Below are positions 11,253-22,206 of a stretch of 64,000 bases of DNA, piece by piece; position 1 is the first letter of the stretch, and the number at the start of each line of letters is the position of its first letter. The stretch covers positions 32,001 through 96,000 of the forward strand of contig CAVRAG010000008.1 of the NCBI GenBank assembly GCA_963718895.1, in the 5' to 3' direction. A program made the position numbers and the translations under genes. The DNA is from an uncultured Nitrososphaerota archaeon. GTDB lineage: Archaea; Thermoproteota; Nitrososphaeria; Nitrososphaerales; Gagatemarchaeaceae. The notes below the pieces were generated by a model that ran no database searches, was not told where the DNA came from, and saw only the letters and a program-made list of their open reading frames with translations.

Positions 11253-12290
11253 ATGAAGAAAACTTTGATAGCGCCTTCCAAGAGCAGCGGTGGTAAGCTC
11301 TCTTCCCAAAAACTTGCTATCGCGCTTGGTGCCACGGTGATCTCCGCCGAGTTGCCACTCCGTCGAATCAAATCGGAGGTCGTCAAGAACAGATTTGATG
11401 TAGTAGACATACAGCTTGAATATCGTACATTCGGTTCGCATTTGCGAACATTGACGAATCTGCCGGCATTGGTCTTTCTTCTCAACGGGGTGGCCGAGGT
11501 GTTTGTGACTGTCCATGGTGTGCTTACCTATGAGTCATTGCGCGGTCAGAGACTCCGAGGCTTGAAATGGTTCGCATTTCTGACATCCCTCAGGCTCGCG
11601 GGCCTCTTCGGCTGTCACATGGTGGTTCACACTGACGAAATGCGGCGCGAGTTAATCAGATACGGCCTCAGAGATGCGGTCGTAATTCCCCATGGCAGCG
11701 GGCCCTTGTCCTATCGACCACAGGATACACGCGTAGGAACGTCCTCTTCTTCGGCTTTGTTCGGCCTAGAAAGGGGATCGAGAACCTCATTTCAGCATTC
11801 GGGCAAGTTATCCAAACTTATCCTAAATCGCAGTTGGTGATAGCGGGAGGGGTGAGTGATTCGAGAGAGACACCCTATCTCCACCAACTGATAGAACTAG
11901 TGGAGCAGCTTAAAGTTCAGACGAACGTGAAATTTAGAGCTAGTTTCTCGGCGAGTCCGACATGAACTCTCTTGCTGCCGAGTCAGGGATATTGGTCCTA
12001 CCGTATCTGGACCGCTATGTAGAAGTGAGCGGCGTCGTCCATGACTTCGCGGTTATGGAATGGCGGTGCTTTGCAGCGACACTCCCAGATTTGCAGAGCT
12101 TCGTGACGGATCGACTGTTTAAAGGTAAAGCCGACACCTTCTCATCTTGGAGACTCTTTATGTAAGATGCTCGGGGATTTAGAGCTGAGAGAGAGACTTG
12201 TAGGAACTTATCCAGGTTGAAAAAATTGAACCTTTGAAGTCCGTGGCAGAGATGCGTCAAGTGATCTACGGTCAACACGAGAAATTTCGC
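11253..12290 (+). CDS. Glycosyltransferase family 4-like (multiple frameshifts, end approximate)
   Basis: VTVHG, VIPHG, then in shifted frames VLFFGFVRPRKGIENLI and LVLPY..SGVVH. Confidence 0.7.
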
Positions 12291-12883
12291 TTGAGATCGA
12301 GGAGTTGACTTTCTACTACCAATCGGCATCTCGCTTTCTTGTCTCTCTCAGTCGTAGGGACATTAGAGACCATGGGAATGAAATTGATGAGAGCAGTCTT
12401 GCTTCAGAGAAATCGAATAGACCTCGAAACACGAGCTACAATTCGAGTTGCCTGAAGGAGTTCTAGCATTGCAACTTTCGATCAGTTCGGGGGTCCACGA
12501 TCGGCTCAATTTGATAGCAGCAATCCTCTTCACCTCCTATGACTAGCTTGTGGCGGGACCAAGGATTCGGACTGAACACAAAAACAAGCATCGACCGAAG
12601 CCCAGCTGGGATGCGATCTGGTTCGGTTTTCGCCATCCTCGTTATGCGTTATCGCTTTCTCTCGGCCTTATTGATTATGAAGATGTGCTAAGACGCCAGT
12701 AACCAAGGACCTCGCTGTCTTGCAAAGTCGGTATGCCTCAGTCCAAAGGGGTGGAATTCCCTTGTCAACGCTTACACAAGAAGAAATCCAGAGGAGGCTC
12801 ACCCTGCTTAGTCCATCCAAGAAAGAAACGCTTAGGGCTCATTCTGCGAATGGTATACCTTCCTCTATGCAGCAACTAGATGG

Positions 12884-13396
12884 TTGCGACCTGAAGTCGT
12901 CATAGTAACCGGAGTTCTATACGGACTATCGAGCGCAGCAGTACTTCAAGCCATGGAAGACAACGCTTGTGGGAAGCTCATTTCTGTTGACCTGCCAGTC
13001 TCAATGCACAAAATCAACATCGTGAACGGGCAGTCTATTCAGACAGGCTTCGCATCAGGAGGCCGTACAATAGGTTCGGCTATACCTCAGTCACTTAGGA
13101 GCCGGTGGGAGTTGCGGCTCGGCAACTCTTTAGAAGTGCTGCCGGATGTAATTTCGGGCCTGCCGACCTTGTCCATGTTCATTCACGATAGTCTTCACAC
13201 GCGGGACCACATGCTCGCGGAATACAGACTTGGGTACGAGAGGCTTCAGGCAGGAGGTCTCCTCGTATCCGATGACATATCTTACAATGCGGCTTGGAAA
13301 GAATTTTGCACGCTAAAGCAGGAACGGGGTGTCGAACTAACGAAAGGCATAAAGGGCAACAAATTCGGTTTCTTAGTTAAGTCAAACACGCAATAG
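12884..13396 (+). CDS. Class I SAM-dependent methyltransferase (Methyltransf_24-like); N-terminus probably upstream and frameshifted
   Basis: RPEVV..TGV.YG.SS, LISVDLP, FIHDSLHT, GGLLVSDD. Confidence 0.8.
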   Translation: MRPEVVIVTGVLYGLSSAAVLQAMEDNACGKLISVDLPVSMHKINIVNGQSIQTGFASGGRTIGSAIPQSLRSRWELRLGNSLEVLPDVISGLPTLSMFIHDSLHTRDHMLAEYRLGYERLQAGGLLVSDDISYNAAWKEFCTLKQERGVELTKGIKGNKFGFLVKSNTQ

Positions 13397-13771
13397 CCGA
13401 AAACCTAAGGATATACAACTGAGCCGGGGGAAGGATAACCAGGTAAAAGACCAGCACACCAGCAGCTACAACTGCAATGACCAAGGCAATCAGTCCTGCA
13501 TTCCCTGCGGCTATCGAAACGAAACGCTCCGGCATTAGCGTCAACTTTTGCATTGCCGAACTAAATGATAATGCCATTGTCGTCCCGGTAATTGTAACGC
13601 CGGGCAGGTTCTATTAATGCTTTCGGAGATGAATCGAAAGTACTCCTTCGGAACGAGTGGAGAGTCAGATATGCGAGTAGTCTCGCGGAATTCACGTTCG
13701 ACTCTGAAGTGTGTGCTTGGACACTTGAAATACTGGCATTCAGGGGGTCTAGAACAGAAGACAAGGGAACC

Positions 13772-14889
13772 TTGGCAGTCCCAAGCGAGCCAAAGCGGAC
13801 GCCGCGAAGCCCGTCGCATACCGCTGGCTAGCGGGCCTGCTTCCCGCGCTCCTGAGCGGGCTCGTCCTCGCTGCGATTCTCCTGATCATGCGGCGCCCGG
13901 GGTTCATCACGAACAGCTCTGCGTTCAACGCCGGCGGCTACCTCCAAGATTATTCTGCCCAAGGATACTATCAGTTCCTCATATCGTTGCTCGGCATCGT
14001 CTCAGGAGCCTCGTTCGCGGCCTTTCTGCTCGGCATCCGGTCCGTCTGGTATCCCTACACCGTGGTCCGGGCCAGGAAGGTGGCGTTCGCGCTCGTCAAC
14101 TGGCTCGCGGCGGTCACCATCGTGTGCTTCATCCTGTCGCTGTTCCTGGTGGTCCTCCCTGTGAGCGAGGTCGTGGCGTTCGGCGTCCTGACGGCCCTCA
14201 GCGTGTCCTTCGCCTTGCTCGGGCACCGGAGCCACTGGGCGAGCGGGCTTCCCGAAGAGCTGGTCCTGGCGATGGAGTCGGACACGCCGCTCTATGAGCT
14301 TCAGTCTATCGACCTCGACACCAGCCAGATCGTCTCCATCACGGAGGCCGACGTGCACGTCGCTCCGCCCTCACCTCAGGCCGCGGCTGCAACAGCCCCG
14401 TCGAGATTCGGCCTCTCCCGTGCCTCTGTCGAGGACGTCGCGCTCGCGGCCATCCCGGCGTTCTTCGGGTTGATGGGCCTGGCGCAGCTCAGGGAGGGCA
14501 GGTGGTCGAAAGGAGGTTCGTTCCTGGCCATCGGGATGATGCTCGGCGCCCTTTCCTCCTGGTATCTCATCCTGCCCACGAGGATTGGGGAGTTCTTCTC
14601 CAAGCAATCGATGCCGGCCGTGACCTCTCTGAGCTGGGTACCCTCGGCTGTCGGAAGCGGCGCGGTTGACACTTGGGTGGTCGGCGGCCTCCTCGGCGCG
14701 TTCTTCATTCTCTGGCTGTTCCAGCTCTCGGACACGATGAGGTACATTAGCCGGCCAACGGTGACTCGACCCGCGTCATCCGCGTTCTCCAAGCTGAAAG
14801 CAGCGCTCATCTCCGACAAGGAGGAGTTGGACCTCATCGCTCGCTCTCCCGGCAGACTGGTCTCTCGGCCTTCCGCCTTCTCTGCATGA
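13772..14889 (+). CDS. Membrane protein, paralog of 6107-7000 (start uncertain)
   Basis: LAAIPAFFGLMGLAQL...SSWYLILP versus LSAVPGFFGLMGLGQL...SSWYTILP. Confidence 0.75.
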
Positions 14890-14968
14890 CAAAGGGCCAC
14901 ACCTGCCCCGTCTGTATTCCTTGACTGTAAATACCCTCGGACCCTTGCGACCTGCTAGGCGCTGCGCT

Positions 14969-15181
14969 TTGACCAGTCAGATCGAGGAGCGACACAGGCA
15001 GATCCTGACGGCGATCTTCACCGTCAGCCAGCCGCCAGGGCTTGTCGAGAGCAGGCTCCAAACCCTCAAGGGGCTGGTGGACGCTCGCGTGAACTCGGTC
15101 GAAGAGACGGTCTGGGTCGAGTTCGACCCTTCGGTCATCTCCGAGGCCGAAATCAAGCTTGCCTGCTCGCAGGCACGGTAG
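14969..15181 (+). CDS. HMA/CopZ-like small domain lacking CxxC
   Basis: VESRLQTLKGLVDARVNSVEETVWVEFDPSVISEAEI follows the HMA fold pattern. Confidence 0.5.
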   Translation: MTSQIEERHRQILTAIFTVSQPPGLVESRLQTLKGLVDARVNSVEETVWVEFDPSVISEAEIKLACSQAR

Positions 15182-15295
15182 CGCCTCCCCACACCCAACC
15201 CGGCCGATGGACGTCTTGCAGGTCGACCAACTCTCTCGGGAGCCCTCTGCGGACGGCGGAAAGCGATTGGTCTTACAAGTAAGACGCATGGGACT

Positions 15296-15832
15296 TCAGA
15301 GCAGCGTCAGCCCAATGGCCTGGTCGCTGATTTCCGCCACGACTTTCTGGCCCGCGTCCTGGAACGCCGAGACGAAGAAGCTCGAGAGATAGAGGGACCA
15401 CTTCCTCCCGAACGGATGCGTGAGCGTGATCGACTTTGGCGAGTTTGAAGATTCGCTGTAGTCGTACAGCGACGTGACGGACGCGTTCTCGCGGATGAAC
15501 GTCAGCACGTTGGGGACGGACTCGTGGCCCCACTTGCCGAGCGCGTACGCCTTGGGGACGCTGTGGCCGGAGGCCGCCCCGGCTGCGATGATGTCCTCGT
15601 CGCTCGTGGCTGCGAGTATCCTCTCGAACGCGCTTATGCTGAGGGAGATCGTCCCGAGCCTCTTTCGGTGTCTTCCCACATCGATGTAATCCGCGAGAAG
15701 CTGGTTCACGAGCGTGTTGACGCTGACCTTCTTCCGCGCCGCTTCTTCTTCGAGCCCCAGGAGGACGGCAGAATCTATTCTGAAGGAACGGTTCTCGGTC
15801 TTTCTCTTCTGAGGAGTGAAGTTCTCCTCCAT
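15296..15832 (-). CDS. Ribbon-helix-helix regulator with V4R-like C-terminal domain
   Basis: RSFRIDSAVLLGLEEEAARKKVSVNTLVNQLL; HPFGRKWS motif; TTATA upstream. Confidence 0.7.
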   Translation of the reverse strand: MEENFTPQKRKTENRSFRIDSAVLLGLEEEAARKKVSVNTLVNQLLADYIDVGRHRKRLGTISLSISAFERILAATSDEDIIAAGAASGHSVPKAYALGKWGHESVPNVLTFIRENASVTSLYDYSESSNSPKSITLTHPFGRKWSLYLSSFFVSAFQDAGQKVVAEISDQAIGLTLL

Positions 15833-15975
15833 AACTTTCTTCTCGCTTGCCCTCTTTATATAAGCATGTTTCGCGCAAAAGGGCGTTTTACGGCAATTCC
15901 GGGCCCGCGGAGCCCAATCCAGGCTCGGATGGTAAGCGGAAGCGATTACCCTCCCGCGCCCGACCGCGCCCCGCG

Positions 15976-16230
15976 TTAGACTATCTTCTTGGCCTCGAAG
16001 ATCTCGCAGTTCTCGAACGCGAGCTCCTTCTTTGAGAGAGTGTGGAACAGGAATCCCTTGTAGCTGGTCAGGTATTGCCACGTCTTGTTGAACCCGAGCC
16101 CTCCGGGGTTGTTTATCACGACCACGGGCCTGTCCATCTTCTCCACTATCTTCAGGAACTCAATGACGTCCACGGTGATCTTGGGCCCTAGGACCGCTTT
16201 GGCCTTTGCGTTCTGGTCTTCCCCTTCCAA
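15976..16230 (-). CDS. Hypothetical protein
   Basis: Clean ORF with host-like codon usage, WQYLTSYKGFLF. Confidence 0.6.
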   Translation of the reverse strand: MEGEDQNAKAKAVLGPKITVDVIEFLKIVEKMDRPVVVINNPGGLGFNKTWQYLTSYKGFLFHTLSKKELAFENCEIFEAKKIV

Positions 16231-16303
16231 ATCGCCCTCCGCGCAAACCGGAATTCTCTATTAAGCTTTGACCGTCCGCGCTGCGCAAGGACCGCCTTCG
16301 CGC

Positions 16304-16729
16304 TCACGCCTTGATGATGTCGTTCCAGCCCTTGGCGAGCTGCCACGCCTGCTTGACGAACCCGCTCTGGGGCCCCCTCTCCGGTATCGACTGGAGCTTC
16401 AGCTGGTAGACGGCCTGGGTCTTCTTCCTCTTGTCGTTCCAGACGAGGACGTCCCTCTCGACGAACCCCATGTCGAGCAGCTTCCTCAGTAGCTTCACGT
16501 AGAAGTTGTGGTAGCTGTACTTCACCCCGAGCTTCCCGGCCTCGAGGTCCTTGGCGAAGAACCGCATCTCGCGCTTCGTCATCGAGAGGTTTGCGCCCGA
16601 TTTCATCCTGCCGATGAGCGTTTTCGCGGCGTCGATGGTCTCCTTCCTCTCGCCGAAGAGCACGGCGAGGACGTCACCGTTGTTTATCAGCTTCTCATTC
16701 CAGTACAACTTGATGCTCTTGGATGCCAA
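16304..16729 (-). CDS. Hypothetical basic protein, wHTH-like
   Basis: Host-like codon usage; LRKLLDMGFVER wing pattern. Confidence 0.7.
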   Translation of the reverse strand: MASKSIKLYWNEKLINNGDVLAVLFGERKETIDAAKTLIGRMKSGANLSMTKREMRFFAKDLEAGKLGVKYSYHNFYVKLLRKLLDMGFVERDVLVWNDKRKKTQAVYQLKLQSIPERGPQSGFVKQAWQLAKGWNDIIKA

Positions 16730-16739
16730 GAGTCAGCCT

Positions 16740-17210
16740 TCACTCATCTGGCGTCGGAACTTTCCACTTGGAGAGGTCAACCACGCTTACGCCCAACTTC
16801 GCGGAGTGTTCTATCATGTACTTGTCGCTGGTGAGGATCGCTAGGTCGTGGCGCCTCGCGGTCGCGATATGAAATGAGTCGAAATAGCTCAGGCCCCTCC
16901 TCCCACCGTGACTAAGGTACAACGACATCGCTTCCTCTGCTATCTCGCCGCTCATCGGGTACGGCGTGTGAGGAATCGACTTCATGTCCGCGACAAAGTC
17001 CCTTGCGACGTCGATTGGTGCACCGTCAGCCCTGATGGCGGAGATGGCATCGTCGTACACCTCCGATGACGTTCTCAGCACCAACGCTCCCTTCCCGGAT
17101 TCCCCGATCACCGCGGCCGCTTGGGACTCGCACCGTCCTCCCCTCAGAAAGAAGAAGAACAGGTCCGTGTCGCCGACCAGGACGCGGGCGCGGTCGCTAT
17201 CTTCCGCCAT
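16740..17210 (-). CDS. vapC: VapC PIN-domain toxin
   Basis: GDTD, SSEVYDD, LSYFDSFHIATA, ILTSD. Confidence 0.85.
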   Translation of the reverse strand: MAEDSDRARVLVGDTDLFFFFLRGGRCESQAAAVIGESGKGALVLRTSSEVYDDAISAIRADGAPIDVARDFVADMKSIPHTPYPMSGEIAEEAMSLYLSHGGRRGLSYFDSFHIATARRHDLAILTSDKYMIEHSAKLGVSVVDLSKWKVPTPDE

Positions 17211-17427
17211 TCGAGACCAGCTCCTCAGCCCTCTCTTCCAGCTCCTCCCACTCTGAGCGAATCAGGCCGCGATACTTCCCGCGGAGCTCGTCGACCCCAA
17301 CGAGAGGACGAAGCTCGACGACATCCCCTTTGGTTGTGACCTTGAAGCGTCTCGACTTGAACTTCCGTCTCAGCTCTATCGGGAGAAGTATTCTTCCTTT
17401 CTCATCGGCCTCGACGACGGCGTTCAA
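17197..17427 (-). CDS. vapB: AbrB/MazE-type antitoxin
   Basis: DEKGRILLPIELRRK; overlaps vapC. Confidence 0.85.
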   Translation of the reverse strand: MNAVVEADEKGRILLPIELRRKFKSRRFKVTTKGDVVELRPLVGVDELRGKYRGLIRSEWEELEERAEELVSNGGR

Positions 17428-17429
17428 AT

Positions 17430-17451
17430 TCCCACCGGTGTACTAGTGGGA
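17430..17451. promoter_or_regulatory. Operator-like inverted repeat TCCCAC-N10-GTGGGA
   Basis: Directly upstream of the vapB start. Confidence 0.55.
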
Positions 17452-17537
17452 GGTCCTTAAGAACCCACCGCCGCTCATCGAGGGGGCCATGATAATCTTG
17501 AGGAAAAATTCTCAACGTTTATCAACCCCGGTGCACT

Positions 17538-18910
17538 ATGTACATTGCTTGGTTTATAGAGGCGTCCGGCGTCTCACCCTGTCCAGCCTCCTCGTCGTTT
17601 GTCTTGTGGTACTGGTGTTCGCGACCCTGCCTGTGGTCCGTGCCCAGTCGGTCGTGGCGACGATCCCGGTAGGGCCTGTGCCCATGGCCGTCGCCTACGA
17701 CCCGGGGAAGGGTGAGGTCTTCGTGGCGAATCAGGGTGTCTTTTCGAGCTTGCAGAATGGCAATGTCTCGGTGATAAACGACGCGACGAACGCGCTCGTG
17801 ACTACGGTCACCGTGGGATTGAACCCCGACGGCATCGCCTACGACTCTGGTAAGGGTGAGATCTTCGTGGCGAACCACGGCACGCTCGAGCGGCGGCTCT
17901 GTCTCGGTGATAAGCGACGCCACGAACACCGTAGTCGCGACCATCTACGTCGGACTCCATCCTTGGGGCGTCGCATACGACCCCGCCGAGGGAGAGGTCT
18001 TCGTCGCGAACTACGGCGTGGGCAGTCCCTCGGGTACGGTCTCAGTGATAAGCGACACCACCAATACTGTCGTCGCGTCGGTCACGGTGGGAGCGGGGCC
18101 GTTTGCACTCGCCTACGATCACGCCACCGGAGAGGTCTTCGCCACGAACCTCGTGGACAACACCGTCTCTGTGATAACGGACGGGTCAATCTCAGGGGAC
18201 ACCGCGAACGCGGTAGAGGTCACCATCCCCGTAGGGACGACTCCCGACGCCGTCACCTACGATTCGGGCAACGGAGACGTCTACGTGGCGAACGAGGGCA
18301 CCGGAACCGGCTCTGTCTCGGTCATAGATGGTCCCAGCGAGACGGTCGTCGCAACCGTGACCGTCGGAGCGTACCCGACCGGCATCGCCTACGACTCGGG
18401 CCAGGGGGAGGTCTTCGTGGCGAACGACGCCTCGCCCACGGGAACGCTCTCGGTGATAGATGACTCCAGCAACACGGTCACGGACACGGTCCCGCTTGGA
18501 GTCAATTGCTACGCTATCGCCTACGACTCGGCCAAGGGCGAGCTCTTCGTGACGAATCAGGTCGTACACGGCAACGCACTTGTAGTCTCCGACACTTCGA
18601 GCACAACGACCACTTCGACCACACTAGCTCCACGAGCACCAGTACTGCCACCTCGACCCTACCTCCTCCCGCGATCCCCGTTTGTCCCAGCACCTTCGGA
18701 GGCGTCCTCATGCCTTCGGGCGCCACGTTCACCGACTCTTACGGCAACACCTGGGTCGCCCCGAGCGGCAGCGATGGCGGAGGCGTCTGGAGCAGCTACT
18801 TCTTTGCAGGACCAGCGACCATCATCCCGCCCCCTATGCTCGCAGGCTGGGCCGGCGTCTACGGTACCTACGGCGCGCAGCAGGGCTGGATAATCACCTT
18901 CTTCTGCTAG
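17538..18910 (+). CDS. Secreted YVTN/YncE beta-propeller protein with Thr linker and uncharacterised C-terminal domain (two frameshifts)
   Basis: Signal peptide; seven repeats of VGxxPxxxAYDxxxGEVFVAN; joins ORFs 17489, 17856 and 18506. Confidence 0.85.
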
Positions 18911-19047
18911 GCGGCACCTGCGGTTCCGATGCCGGCACTCGGGGCTGGGTCGTAAGCTTCTACTGCGCCTAGGCTGCGCTCGGCGCTGCGAGTGTACTGA
19001 CGATTTAGGCACAACATTATTATCGGTCATGCCTTCGCACGAAATCC

Positions 19048-19452
19048 GTGTACATCAGGACGAAGGTGGTGAACGGGAACCGGTACGTCTACCTGGTGGA
19101 GGGTCGCAGAGACGCGGGCCGCGTAAGACAGAGGGTCGTCTGTTACATCGGACCGCTCACCAGGGCCGCGACGGGAATCCCTGAGTCCGTGAAGGGCGCT
19201 CTATCGCGGTCGGGCATCGATTGGGACGATGTGAACCGCCAGCTGGCCCTGATACCGCTCACCTTCGACGAGCTCTCCGAAGTGAGGCGTTCCAACTACG
19301 CCAGGTCTCTGGGCGCGAGGCGTACGGGTCGCCCCGCGCAGGGCTCCAGACCGCGTCCCGAGGGCGAGCTCGCCGCCCTCTCCGCTGTCGCCGCGGCAAG
19401 GTTCAGGGAGCTGTTCGAGACCGCGGGCGAAAGGGAGTACAGGATGAGATGA
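19048..19452 (+). CDS. Small protein with beta-sheet DNA-binding N-terminus; putative antitoxin/regulator
   Basis: MYIRTKVVNGNRYVYLVEGRRDAGRVRQRVVCYIGPL resembles IS1634-transposase and SSV-integrase N-termini. Confidence 0.6.
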   Translation: MYIRTKVVNGNRYVYLVEGRRDAGRVRQRVVCYIGPLTRAATGIPESVKGALSRSGIDWDDVNRQLALIPLTFDELSEVRRSNYARSLGARRTGRPAQGSRPRPEGELAALSAVAAARFRELFETAGEREYRMR

Positions 19453-20037
19453 CCTCGAGCAAGGGCAGGTCGAAGACCAGCGCCGGGAAAGCGCCGCGTG
19501 ACCTTGCGGCCGAGCGCGTTCGTCTCGCGTCTGAAGAGGGAGCCCAACGATCTGAAGAGGAAGCTTCTCCTCCTCGGGTACCTCGGCGAGACACTCTCGA
19601 AGGAGGGGGTCTCCCTTTACCTTGTGGGAGGCCAGGCCGTCGAGGCGTACACCGCCGGACAGTTCACGACCGGTGACATCGACATCACGACAACCAAGAA
19701 GGCGGAGACCGAGAGGGCACTCGTGCGGCTGGGGTTCACGATGGAGGGGATGGTCTGGCTGAACGCCGCGCTCGGAGCGGCCGTGCACATCGTCGGCACG
19801 CATCCGACGCGAAGCGAGAGGACCCGCGCCATCGAGGTCGGGCCCTACAGGGTCAACATCGTGGGAGTCGAGGACCTCATCATCGACAGGCTGGAGGCGG
19901 CAAAGTTCTGGAAGAGCGAGCGGGATTCGGAGCAGGCGACGGTCCTCTACCAGGTCTTCAGGGGGGCGATCGACCTCGAGTACCTCAGAAAGAGGGCGGC
20001 GGAAGAGGGGGTCCAGGACATCCTTCCGGACGGCTGA
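19449..20037 (+). CDS. Nucleotidyltransferase (DUF6036-like); frameshift near 5' end
   Basis: LVGGQAVEAYT...TTGDIDI, EDLIIDRL; ATGA coupling at 19449. Confidence 0.75.
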
Positions 20038-20100
20038 CGGATCCAGTACCCTGGCCTGCATCCGGGGCTGGATTGTTGCTCTCCACTCCGCCTCGAACGA

Positions 20101-20322
20101 TTAAGAGCGAGTCGTCCTCGGGGTGGTCAGGGTCCTCACGCGGCGGATGTCCTCTTCGATGCGGGCGAATTGCTTGTCATCGGTGAGCACCCCTGCGAAG
20201 GTCGAGAGCTGCGGTTTTCCGGATATCAGCCGGTCGATCACGTCGCTGAAACTCTCCCCTTTGGCCTTCGCTCAGGAGCTTTCTGTAGACATCCTCCCGA
20301 TGGCCAGATTCTTTACTGCCAC
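20101..20322 (-). pseudogene. vapB: Orphan COG1753-type VapB antitoxin (frameshifted)
   Basis: Manual reading across shifts: VKNLAI/REDVYRKLL/AKAKGESFSDVIDRLI...LSTFAGVL; no toxin follows. Confidence 0.7.
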
Positions 20323-20487
20323 ACACAGAGATGTATGCGTACCTGCATAAAAAAAGCCACCCACAAAACCGGTACACACCGATGATATTGATGCCGGAGA
20401 CACCATGCCTTCGCAGGCTCGAAACCGGGTTGCAGTGCCGATTTCCGGGCTCAACAACCGCCGCGGCGGACTCCATTCGTCCAAGGG

Positions 20488-20950
20488 TCAGCTCGGGAGA
20501 GGGAGAAGCTCGCAGATCTCCTTGAGGTTCCTCGTGTACCAGCGCAGGTTGTCCGCGGTCCTGCTGTTGAGGAAGGCCTCCTGGGTGATCGTCGAGGCGT
20601 ACTCCGAGACGAGGGTGTACTCGAAGACGGTCTTGACCTTCGTCCTCGGGCCCATCGCCCTCGAGGAAGACGAGCTGGTCGAAGGACTTGAAGAGCCCGC
20701 CGGGCGACTGCCTCGTGGCGAAGCAGACCTCGGGGTCGGCCCTGGTGACCTCCACGTAGACCTCTACCCTGACCTTACCCAGCCTCGCGAGGACCTCGAC
20801 CTTCGAGCCAAGCGCGAGCTTCCCCGGCGGTATGGCCTCGGAGGTGATGACATCAGGGTAGAGCTTCGGTAGGTAGGAGGGGTCGGTGAGGACGGCCCAG
20901 ACCGTGCTCGCGGGCGACTCGATCTCGATGATGTCTTCGACCCTCGTCAT
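20488..20950 (-). CDS. SRPBCC/polyketide cyclase family protein (frameshift)
   Basis: IEIESPASTVWAVLTDP...NLKEICE. Confidence 0.8.
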
Positions 20951-21021
20951 GGTTGTTCACCCCCCGGCCCGGCTATTAAATGCGGGGGTTTACTACGGCG
21001 GCACTCGGGGCCGGACCCCTG

Positions 21022-21492
21022 CTACTTCTTCACGGGCTCGGGGTTGCGGAGCTCCGAGAGCTCCTTCAGGTTCTTCATGTACATCTCCTCGTTCAGGGAC
21101 GCGGCCTGGGTCAGCTGGAAGAGGTCGAAGCCCGGCCCGAAGTAGGCGACGGAGACCTTGAACTCGAATACCGCCTTCACAACGGTGCCCTCGGGGATCC
21201 CCTCGAGCTCTATGACCTCCGAGAAAGACTCGAACGCGCCGCCCCTCCGTCCCACGACCACGAACCTCTTGTTGGGGACCAGCTCGGCGACCCTCGTCCT
21301 AAACTCAATCAGCCGCTTGCCCACCCTCCCGCTGAGCGAGCGGGCCTGTCCGACCACTGCGCGGCCCGGCGGGTCGACCGTGATGTTGAGCAGGTCGGGG
21401 TATAGCTTGGGGATGAAGTTGGCATCGGTAAGGACGTCCCAGACGGCCTCGGGCCCGGCGTCCACGAGGAAGCTCGCCTGGACTCTGGCCAT
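21022..21492 (-). CDS. SRPBCC family protein
   Basis: VDAGPEAVWDVLTD...NLKELSE. Confidence 0.85.
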   Translation of the reverse strand: MARVQASFLVDAGPEAVWDVLTDANFIPKLYPDLLNITVDPPGRAVVGQARSLSGRVGKRLIEFRTRVAELVPNKRFVVVGRRGGAFESFSEVIELEGIPEGTVVKAVFEFKVSVAYFGPGFDLFQLTQAASLNEEMYMKNLKELSELRNPEPVKK

Positions 21493-21555
21493 GGGCTTGG
21501 CGGAGCGTCGCCCCTTATTAAGCCGACGGGAGGTCGGTCCCATCGCTTCGCTGGG

Positions 21556-22026
21556 TCAGCGCTTTCTCGCGGGCATGGGGCGCAGCTCAGAAATCTCCTT
21601 CAGCGTGTTGGAGTAAGACTCCAGGTTGTCCCTGACGAGGTTCTGGACGAGGGCCAGGCTGAGCGCCTTCCCGATGTAGCCGCGGGACAGCTCGTATTCG
21701 AAGACCGTCCTCGCCTCCGTCCCGCCCGCCCTGGCCGCGAGGGTCGTGCGCTGCTTGAACGACTCGAAGAGCCCTCCGGGACGGTGGACCACCGTCAGCC
21801 TCGCCTTCGGCGACATCTCGGAGACCTCGAGCAAGATCTCGACCTTCCTCCGGCCGGCCTTGCCCGTGAGGTGGTACCTCTGCCCGACGAACGAGCGCCC
21901 GGGCGGGTCGATCCTGACCAGGATGGCGTCCCTGAAGAGCTTGACTATGTACGACATGTCCGTCAGCACGTCCCAGACGGCATCCACCGAGGCCTCGATC
22001 TGGACCACTCTCTGGATCTTCGCCAT
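21556..22026 (-). CDS. SRPBCC family protein
   Basis: IEASVDAVWDVLTD...TLKEISE. Confidence 0.85.
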   Translation of the reverse strand: MAKIQRVVQIEASVDAVWDVLTDMSYIVKLFRDAILVRIDPPGRSFVGQRYHLTGKAGRRKVEILLEVSEMSPKARLTVVHRPGGLFESFKQRTTLAARAGGTEARTVFEYELSRGYIGKALSLALVQNLVRDNLESYSNTLKEISELRPMPARKR

Positions 22027-22080
22027 GCTCGCTTCAACCGATCCGGCGCTATATATAGCTCGGGCGAACTCCGCGATGAA

Positions 22081-22102
22081 TCGAGCTTGATATCAAGCTG
22101 GA
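22081..22102. repeat. 22-bp double palindrome, copy 1
   Basis: TCGAGCTTGA-TA-TCAAGCTGGA, intergenic. Confidence 0.85.
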
Positions 22103-22206
22103 GGCCGAGTCAGAGGCGACCACCGATTCGCCAGGCCTACAGGCGCGAATGCCCTGAGCAACGTGACGTCCTTGAAATCGAAGCGAGGGGGCCTTGACGC
22201 GGCCCG

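Noticed and set aside
19048-19452. Intact IS1634 element or integrase
   Set aside because: No catalytic domain or terminal inverted repeats seen.
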